NCBI GenBank assembly: GCA_034440375.1
Contig: JAWXBZ010000050.1
Location: 1-10,688 of the forward strand
Reading direction: 5' to 3'
Length of the DNA stretch: 10,688 nucleotides
From: Candidatus Eiseniibacteriota bacterium
GTDB taxonomy: Bacteria > Eisenbacteria > RBG-16-71-46 > JABDJR01 > JAWXBZ01
Shown piece after piece: positions 1 to 5,674 of the stretch. The translations under genes were made by a program, and so were the position numbers. The first letter of the stretch is position 1, and every line of letters starts with the position of its first letter. The notes under the pieces are model-generated. The model did not search any database. It was not told the origin of the DNA and saw only the letters and a program-made list of their open reading frames with translations.

Positions 1-33
1 CTCAGCGCTGACCACGGGACTTCCCTCAGTCAT
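1..33 (-). CDS. Possible N-terminus of a gene running off the left edge (MTEGSPVVSAE...), product unknown
   Basis: ATG at 33-31 on the minus strand opens a stop-free frame to the window edge, and the sequence becomes AT-richer and intergenic-like to its right. Only 11 codons are visible and there is no clear SD. Confidence 0.35.
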   Translation of the reverse strand, partial: MTEGSPVVSAE

Positions 34-47
34 GATCCATGAGGTTC

Positions 48-156
48 TGTAAACAAAAGGCGACTCCAGTGTCAACTAATGCTTGATCCAGCAAGGCACT
101 GAAATTTATAGAGTTGTCGCGTTGACGTGAGCTTTCTGTCAACAATGATTGTCAAT
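48..156. promoter_or_regulatory. Cluster of TGTCAA-like boxes, candidate upstream activator sequences for a sigma54 EBP
   Basis: TGTAAAC 48-54, TGTCAAC 70-76 (22 bp apart), GTTGAC 121-126 and GTCAAC 138-143 (perfect inverted repeat, 11-bp spacer), TGTCAAT 150-156. They lie about 100-200 bp upstream of a -24/-12 motif. Confidence 0.5.
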
Positions 157-200
157 CATCCTGGCGCCTGAGAAGATTCTGACTGTTTGTCCCTCCAGCA

Positions 201-223
201 AATCAAGTCGTGATAATGAGTTA
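201..223 (+). promoter_or_regulatory. IHF-like binding site(s)
   Basis: AATCAAGTCGTGA (201-213) and TGATAATGAGTTA (211-223) partly match WATCAANNNNTTR. They sit between the putative UAS and the sigma54 promoter, which is the canonical position. Confidence 0.35.
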
Positions 224-251
224 GCAGAATCGGGGGCAGATCACCCACGTA

Positions 252-267
252 TGGCATATTGCCTGCT
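252..267 (+). promoter_or_regulatory. sigma54 (RpoN) -24/-12 promoter
   Basis: TGGCATATTGCCTGCT has GG at 253-254 and GC at 265-266 with exact N10 spacing, close to the consensus TGGCACGNNNNTTGCW. It is next to a sigma54 EBP gene. Predicted TSS is about 277-279. Confidence 0.75.
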
Positions 268-328
268 TTGCATGGGTTGCGACGCTGGACCAGTTGGTTC
301 AGGACAACTGAGTGAAGGGGGTGACGCA

Positions 329-403
329 ATGCATCGACTGGTTTTAGTGGGTCTCACAGCGATTGCCTTGATCAGCGGCCTTGGTGGAAAGGCTGGCTGG
401 TAA
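329..403 (+). CDS. 24-aa hydrophobic small protein MHRLVLVGLTAIALISGLGGKAGW
   Basis: SD AAGGGGGTGA (315-324) precedes ATG 329, and the stop TAA is at 401-403. It is bracketed by the sigma54 promoter and an intrinsic terminator. It has a basic N-terminus, a hydrophobic core and a GG-KAGW tail. It is the 3' part of ORF 149..403. Confidence 0.65.
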   Translation: MHRLVLVGLTAIALISGLGGKAGW

Positions 404-437
404 GGGGTAGCGATTCGCGAGATCTCGGGAAAGGGCA

Positions 438-469
438 GACGGCCACCTTCGGGTGGCCGTCGTTTTTTT
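438..469 (+). terminator. Rho-independent terminator of the small-peptide transcript
   Basis: Perfect 10-bp stem GACGGCCACC/GGTGGCCGTC with a cTTCGg tetraloop, followed by G and T7. Confidence 0.9.
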
Positions 470-526
470 GACAAAGCGCCATTTCGGGCACTTGAATGGC
501 ATGTTGTGGGACAATTGACAAAAAAA

Positions 527-556
527 TTGCAGGGACGACAACGTCCGGTTTATACT
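527..556 (+). promoter_or_regulatory. Putative sigma70-type promoter of the EBP gene
   Basis: TTGCAG (527-532)-N18-TATACT (551-556), downstream of the terminator and upstream of the CDS. Confidence 0.4.
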
Positions 557-586
557 ATGGATATTCGTTCTACTGATTGATTTTTA

Positions 587-2290
587 ATGACTTACAGGTT
601 TTTCGGAGGTGCCTTGGAATCTGGATTCGAACGGAACGAGGAGTCGCCTAAACCTGACAGTGATGACGATTTTTTTAACACCATCGAGGCAAACCTAAAC
701 GGCCGTGCCGACGAGCGTTCCGCGTTGCTCGATGATCGGGCGAGGTTGGATGAGCGCCTGCGTAATTTGACGGAAGAGAGATCCCGCCTTCGACTTCTGC
801 TCGATGTTTCCGGACGAATCAACTCAGTCCTCTGCACGAGAGATGTCCTCGATCGCGTCATGGATGCGGTCATTCAGGTTGCCGGTGCGCAGCGCGGGTT
901 CCTGGTCCTCCTCGACTCGCAACGCGAGCCGCATCTCGAGATCAGCCGAAATCTTGACGGCACCGAGCATGGGGCTGAGGAAACGTATCAAATCAGTCGC
1001 ACCATCCTGAATCGGGCCATCCAGAGCGGGCGGACCATTTTCGAAAACGATGCGATGAACAATCCTGCGTTCACCGGCTACAAGAGCGTTCGCGATCTCT
1101 CGCTTCGGACGGTGATCTGCCTTCCGCTGAGAATTGACCAGCGAGATCTCGGCGCCATCTACCTGGATAGCCGTAACGTGTCCGACATCATGACCCCGGA
1201 GGGTCAGGAACTGCTCGAGGCTTTTGCCTCGCAGGCATCCGTCGCCATTGCGAATGCCCTGGCGCACGATACGCTCAAGACATTTCAGAGCCGCCTTGAG
1301 GTTGAGAACCGCAGCTTGAAGCGCGCCCTCCGGTCCGAATTTTCGTTCGATTCGATTCTCGGACAGAGTGAGGCCATCCGCCGAATATTTGAAGTTCTCG
1401 GCAAGGTGGCCGACACCACGGTCACGGTTCTGATCCAGGGCGAAACCGGTACCGGCAAGGAAATGGTAGCCCGCGCCATTCATAACGCCAGCCCGCGCCG
1501 AGCCGCGCCATTCGTGCCGATCAACTGCGCGGCCATTCCCGACGCGCTGCTGGAGGGCGAACTGTTCGGCTACCGGCGAGGCGCTTTTACCGGCGCCACC
1601 GAGGACAAGGTCGGCCTGATCGAGACGGCCCACGGGGGTACCGTCCTGCTCGACGAAATCGGCGATATGCCGTTGACGCTGCAGACCAAGATTCTTCGCG
1701 TGGTTCAGGACAAGGAACTGCAGCGGCTCGGCGAATCATCGCCCCGAAAGGTAGATGTTCGCTGGCTCGCTGCCACGAACCGCGACCTGGACAAGGACAT
1801 TCAGACCGGGCGATTCCGCCAGGACCTCTACTACCGGCTGAATGTCGTCAGCATGGTCATGCCCCCGCTTCGGGATCGCCCCGAAGACATTCTGCTGCTC
1901 GCCGACCATTTCCTCCGGCAGTCGTCCGCCCGAATGAAGCGCGACAAGGTCTACCTCACGGCAGAGGGGCGCAGCTGTCTCCTGGCTTACGCATGGCCCG
2001 GCAATGTCCGCGAACTGGAAAACGCCCTCGAACGCGCCTGTGCACTGACCACGGAAGGACCCATCACCAAGGAGCTCCTCGTGCCGGCCGCTGCGGCAGC
2101 CATGGCGGACGAGTCAGCCGGTGGAACTTTGAAGGACAGGCTTCTTCGAGCCGAGCGCGTTGCCATCGATGCGGCGCTGCGCCGCAGCCAGGGAAACATC
2201 TCCCGGGCCGCGCAGGCACTCAGCGTGAGCCGCCAGCACCTGCACAACCGAATTCGCAAGCTCGAGATCGGCACGCCCGGCCGAATCTGA
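587..2290 (+). CDS. sigma54-dependent enhancer-binding protein (coiled coil-GAF-AAA+-Fis-type HTH; NifA/FhlA-like architecture)
   Basis: Walker A GETGTGKE, INCAAIP, ELFG..GAFTGA (1580-1597), Walker B LLDEIG, FRQDLYYRLNV, WPGNVRELEN and a C-terminal HTH (GNISRAAQALSVSRQHLHNRIRK). The N-terminal GAF includes ICLPLRIDQRDLGAIYLD. An alternative start is TTG 614 after GGAGGT at 605-610. Confidence 0.95.
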   Translation: MTYRFFGGALESGFERNEESPKPDSDDDFFNTIEANLNGRADERSALLDDRARLDERLRNLTEERSRLRLLLDVSGRINSVLCTRDVLDRVMDAVIQVAGAQRGFLVLLDSQREPHLEISRNLDGTEHGAEETYQISRTILNRAIQSGRTIFENDAMNNPAFTGYKSVRDLSLRTVICLPLRIDQRDLGAIYLDSRNVSDIMTPEGQELLEAFASQASVAIANALAHDTLKTFQSRLEVENRSLKRALRSEFSFDSILGQSEAIRRIFEVLGKVADTTVTVLIQGETGTGKEMVARAIHNASPRRAAPFVPINCAAIPDALLEGELFGYRRGAFTGATEDKVGLIETAHGGTVLLDEIGDMPLTLQTKILRVVQDKELQRLGESSPRKVDVRWLAATNRDLDKDIQTGRFRQDLYYRLNVVSMVMPPLRDRPEDILLLADHFLRQSSARMKRDKVYLTAEGRSCLLAYAWPGNVRELENALERACALTTEGPITKELLVPAAAAAMADESAGGTLKDRLLRAERVAIDAALRRSQGNISRAAQALSVSRQHLHNRIRKLEIGTPGRI

Positions 2291-2307
2291 TTGCCCCCGA
2301 TCCGGTC

Positions 2308-2345
2308 AAAAAAGAAGGGCGTCCCGGTTTCCCGGGACGCCCTTT
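2308..2345. terminator. Intrinsic terminator between convergent genes, strongest for the minus strand
   Basis: 13-bp stem AAGGGCGTCCCGG (2315-2327)/CCGGGACGCCCTT (2332-2344). An A-run at 2308-2313 gives a U tract on the minus strand, and there is a short TTT on the plus strand. Confidence 0.85.
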
Positions 2346-2363
2346 CCAATGATGCTGTTTGAA

Positions 2364-3038
2364 TTATTCGCCGATCAGTGTCTTGATACCGGACCAGGTT
2401 GACGGGGCGACTGCCGTCGGGGCGCCGCAGGGGTTGTAGCCCGCTGCGCCGGCGAAGCCGGCCACGCCGAGGTGGGACGGAACCGCGAACGTGAGGTCGT
2501 CTTCACGTGACGAACAATCCGCAACCTTGGCGCGACCCGACACCGGGCGCGGGGTGACAAACATCTGCGAGGGGCCGTAGGCACCCATGTAGAAGTAGCC
2601 ACCGATCGCGATGACCGTGCGGGGCACGGCCGGTTCGGAACGGTCATTGTTGCAGTTGGCCAGCGTCCAGGTCAGCAGGTTGCTGCCACCTGAGTTCGGC
2701 CAGATGCCATCCGGGAACTGAAGATTGGCGCAGGAAACCCAGTTATAAACCTGGATCGACGTGGGGTACTGGATGCCCATTTCCATGCCGGCAATGCCGG
2801 TGGAGTCGGAGCCGTTGCAGGTGAGCAGATAGGTCCAGAAGAAATTGGCGGGGCTTGATTGGGGCGTCTGGTAGACCAGCGTCGGAGCCGTGACGCCCGG
2901 GTTACAAGGCGGCGAGGCGGCGCCGGGCGGCGTGATGTGCAGGGCGATACCGGCCTGCTTGTTGTCAAATGCCGCGGCGGAGCCGGTGAGGCCCATGACC
3001 AAGGCACCGAGAAGAACAGTCGAGACAAAACCCTTCAT
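2364..3038 (-). CDS. Secreted hypothetical protein (paralog 1), 224 aa, with C-terminal STWSGIKTLI tail
   Basis: Perfect SD TAAGGAGGT (3053-3045), Sec signal peptide MKGFVSTVLLGALVMGLTGSAAA, 6 Cys in the mature part, and clear similarity to 3338..3991. Confidence 0.9.
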   Translation of the reverse strand: MKGFVSTVLLGALVMGLTGSAAAFDNKQAGIALHITPPGAASPPCNPGVTAPTLVYQTPQSSPANFFWTYLLTCNGSDSTGIAGMEMGIQYPTSIQVYNWVSCANLQFPDGIWPNSGGSNLLTWTLANCNNDRSEPAVPRTVIAIGGYFYMGAYGPSQMFVTPRPVSGRAKVADCSSREDDLTFAVPSHLGVAGFAGAAGYNPCGAPTAVAPSTWSGIKTLIGE

Positions 3039-3198
3039 TGTGTTACCTCCTTAGCGAACGACAGGCTGTGGGATCGAAATGCAGTGACGGTTGTCTACTC
3101 GGGGAAGTAACAACCCGGTCACGGTGGTAACGAACTCTCGAGTTGCGATCACCTCCCGGGCTCAGGGCGCAAGTTCCAGTGGTGTAAAGGCTAATGAA

Positions 3199-3228
3199 AT
3201 TATAGGGGCCGGGCAGAATGAGGGTCAA
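3199..3228 (-). promoter_or_regulatory. sigma70-type promoter for paralog 1
   Basis: Minus strand TTGACC (3228-3223)-N18-TATAAT (3204-3199), implying a 5' leader of about 150 nt. Confidence 0.65.
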
Positions 3229-3252
3229 TGCAAAATTGGATTTGAAGGGAAC

Positions 3253-3316
3253 AGAACCGGGCAGTATGGTGGACGGCGGGGCGCCAAATTTGAGACGCCC
3301 CGCCGACCGTGGTTCT
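3253..3316 (-). terminator. GC-rich hairpin downstream of paralog 2 (terminator or RNA-stability element)
   Basis: 10-bp core stem CGGCGGGGCG (3274-3283)/CGCCCCGCCG (3296-3305), extendable by AGAACC (3253-3258)/GGTTCT (3311-3316). There is no clear U tract. Confidence 0.5.
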
Positions 3317-3337
3317 AAGTATATATAATATAAGATC

Positions 3338-3991
3338 TTATCGGATCAGCGACTTGACGGCGCTCCAGGTGGCGTTTGCGACCGGTACGATGGTCGAGCA
3401 GGGGTTGTAACCCGGGCCGGTCCCGAAATCGATGTATCCGAGGGGCGAAGGGGTCTGACCCGTCAGGTCATCCTCCACCGAAAGGCAGCTGGCTACCTTG
3501 GCCCGCCCGTCTCCGGGCCTCGGAATCAGGGCAATGCGATCGGGGGTATAGGCACCGAGGTAGAAAAAACCCGCTACCGCCGGGTTGGGGCCCAGCTGGC
3601 AGTTGGAGACCGGGTCCCATGTGACCAGATTGCCACTATTGTTGAGCGGCCAGTTGTTCGAGGCAAATTCGAGGGTGGCGCACAGAGTCCAGTTGAAGAT
3701 GTCGACCCCGGCACTGGAAGCATCGTTGTACTGGATTCCGAACTGGCAGCCGGCGACTCCGACCGAGTCCGAAAAATTGCCCACACCGACATAGGCATGG
3801 TAGAACGAGCCGACGTTGCCGGCAACGCTGGCGTTGCGGCAGTCGGTCGGAACCTGCGTGCAGCCGTTCTTGGCCACAACCGGGCCGACGTGCATGAAGA
3901 TCTTGGCGTTTTGGTTGAGTCCCGCGAAGGACGGGCTGGCCACCAGCACAAGGCCGGCGGCGAACAGGAAGCTCCGGATCACCAGTTTCAT
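3338..3991 (-). CDS. Secreted hypothetical protein (paralog 2), 217 aa, with C-terminal ATWSAVKSLI tail
   Basis: Start reassigned from 4126 to ATG 3991 because SD GGAGG lies at 4005-4001 and the signal peptide MKLVIRSFLFAAGLVLVASPSFA begins there. It shares GIQY, NWxxCAxLxF, NLxTW, GxFYxGAYxP, GRAKVAxCxSxEDDLT and GYNPC with paralog 1. Confidence 0.9.
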   Translation of the reverse strand: MKLVIRSFLFAAGLVLVASPSFAGLNQNAKIFMHVGPVVAKNGCTQVPTDCRNASVAGNVGSFYHAYVGVGNFSDSVGVAGCQFGIQYNDASSAGVDIFNWTLCATLEFASNNWPLNNSGNLVTWDPVSNCQLGPNPAVAGFFYLGAYTPDRIALIPRPGDGRAKVASCLSVEDDLTGQTPSPLGYIDFGTGPGYNPCSTIVPVANATWSAVKSLIR

Positions 3992-4160
3992 TTCTTGATT
4001 CCTCCACCGTCGACACCGGCCGCATGACACGTACCGACTGCCTTGGTTCATGCCGGCAGGCCTGGTCGATCCAGTTCCCGGCACTCCATGGGTATCGGCG
4101 GTGAACTGGGGATTCTTTACCGTCACAAGGGCGGGCCGGGTCAGATGACCCGAAGTGCCG

Positions 4161-4169
4161 TGCTATACT
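4161..4169 (+). promoter_or_regulatory. Extended -10 promoter for proS
   Basis: TGCTATACT (TGn-TATACT) about 70 bp upstream of the proS ATG, with SD AAGGAG at 4226-4231. Confidence 0.5.
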
Positions 4170-4239
4170 TCTCGATTCTAATTTCAGTGCATTCTGCAAT
4201 CCGACCGCCCGCGGGCGGTCCTCCCAAGGAGTTCGTTCA

Positions 4240-5670
4240 ATGGCCAAAAACATTACGCCGCGGGCGAACGACTACTCCCGCTGGTACAACGACGTCATCG
4301 CGCAGGCCCAGCTGGCGGAGCATGCGCCGGTAAAGGGGTGCATGGTGATCTGGCCGAACGGCTATGCCATCTGGGAGTGCATTCAGCAGACGCTCGACCG
4401 GATGTTCAAGGAGACGGGACACGTTAACGCCTACTTCCCGATGTTCATTCCGGAGTCGTTCATCAAGAAGGAAGCGCAGCACGTCGAGGGATTCTCGCCG
4501 GAACTGGCGGTGGTGACCCATGCCGGCGGTTCCAAGCTTGAGGAGCCACTGGTCGTCCGGCCAACATCGGAAACGATCATCTGGCACACCTACCGAAACT
4601 GGATCCAGTCATACCGTGATCTGCCACTGCTCATCAATCAGTGGGCCAATGTTGTTCGATGGGAGTTGCGCACACGCCTATTTCTCCGAACGACCGAGTT
4701 TCTGTGGCAGGAGGGGCACACCGCCCACGCCACCGCTCTTGAGGCACACGAGGAAACGATTCGGATGCTGAACGTGTATGCCACGTTTGCCGAGGAGTAC
4801 ATGGCGATGCCGGTACTCATGGGTCCGAAGACCGACTCTGAAAAATTTGCCGGGGCGGTTCGAACGTATTCGATCGAGGCCATGATGCAGGATCGCCGGG
4901 CACTCCAGGCCGGTACATCACACGACCTGGGCCAGAATTTTGCGAAGGCGTTCGACGTCACTTTCCAGGATGCCGAGGGGAAACGGGAGCATGTGTGGGC
5001 CACGAGCTGGGGCGTCAGCACGCGACTCGTTGGTGCGCTGATCATGTGCCACAGCGATGATGACGGGCTCGTGCTCCCGCCGCGGTTGGCCCCAATTCAG
5101 TGCGTGATCGTGCCGATCTGGATGAAGGATGAGCAGAAGGCCGAAATGACCGCTGTCGCGGAGGCGATTCGGGTCGAGCTTTCGGGTGCGGCCTCCGTAA
5201 AGGTCGACGCGCGCGACCAGTACAAGCCGGGGTGGAAGTTCGCCGAATGGGAATTGAGGGGCGTACCGATTCGAATCGAGGTGGGCCCGCGCGACCTGGC
5301 GGCAGGGCAGGTGACCCTGGTTCGGCGCGACACGAAGGTCAAGGAAACCGTTCCCCGCGAGGCCGTCCGCGAGCGCGTGCCGAAGTTGCTCGAGGAGATC
5401 CAGTCCGCCTTGTTCGAGCGGGCCCGGTCCTTCCGGGAGGCCAATTCGCACCGGCTCGACGATTACGAACTGTTCAAGTCACAGGTTGACGAACCGGGCG
5501 GATTCTACTGGTTGCCCTGGTGCGGATCGTCAGCGTGCGAGGCCCGCGTCAAGGAAGACACGAAGGCAACGATACGCTGCCTGCCGTTTGACGCACCGGA
5601 AGAGAAGGGCAGCTGCATCGTTTGCGGCGGCGCCTCCGAGCGGCGCGCTGTCTGGGCGAAGGCCTATTGA
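4240..5670 (+). CDS. proS: Proline--tRNA ligase, archaeal/eukaryotic type (no INS editing domain)
   Basis: Class II motifs [65 protein letters not shown]. It has an anticodon-binding domain ([12 protein letters not shown]), C-terminal Zn-binding cysteines (WCGSSAC...CIVC) and a terminal KAY. Confidence 0.98.
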   Translation: MAKNITPRANDYSRWYNDVIAQAQLAEHAPVKGCMVIWPNGYAIWECIQQTLDRMFKETGHVNAYFPMFIPESFIKKEAQHVEGFSPELAVVTHAGGSKLEEPLVVRPTSETIIWHTYRNWIQSYRDLPLLINQWANVVRWELRTRLFLRTTEFLWQEGHTAHATALEAHEETIRMLNVYATFAEEYMAMPVLMGPKTDSEKFAGAVRTYSIEAMMQDRRALQAGTSHDLGQNFAKAFDVTFQDAEGKREHVWATSWGVSTRLVGALIMCHSDDDGLVLPPRLAPIQCVIVPIWMKDEQKAEMTAVAEAIRVELSGAASVKVDARDQYKPGWKFAEWELRGVPIRIEVGPRDLAAGQVTLVRRDTKVKETVPREAVRERVPKLLEEIQSALFERARSFREANSHRLDDYELFKSQVDEPGGFYWLPWCGSSACEARVKEDTKATIRCLPFDAPEEKGSCIVCGGASERRAVWAKAY

Positions 5671-5674
5671 TCGA

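Noticed and set aside
149-328. N-terminal 60 codons of ORF 149..403
   Set aside because: They span the IHF-like site and the sigma54 promoter and have no SD. The strong SD and the hydrophobic peptide begin at ATG 329.
497-512. Second sigma54-like motif TGGCATGTTGTGGGAC upstream of the EBP
   Set aside because: The -24 element is good, but the -12 position reads GA instead of the near-invariant GC.
3171-3180. GGAACT (ECF sigma -35-like) on the minus strand here and at about 4073-4078
   Set aside because: Neither site has a convincing, consistent -10 element at the expected spacing.
3317-3340. AT-rich patch AAGTATATATAATATAAGATCTTA after the paralog 2 stop
   Set aside because: It is short, with no flanking repeats or insertion signature, and no function can be supported.
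3992-4126. 45-aa N-terminal extension of the 262-aa ORF
   Set aside because: The SD and signal peptide point to ATG 3991, which also matches the length of paralog 1.
4170-4239. T-box riboswitch upstream of proS
   Set aside because: The leader is only about 65 nt, with no T-box consensus and no terminator.
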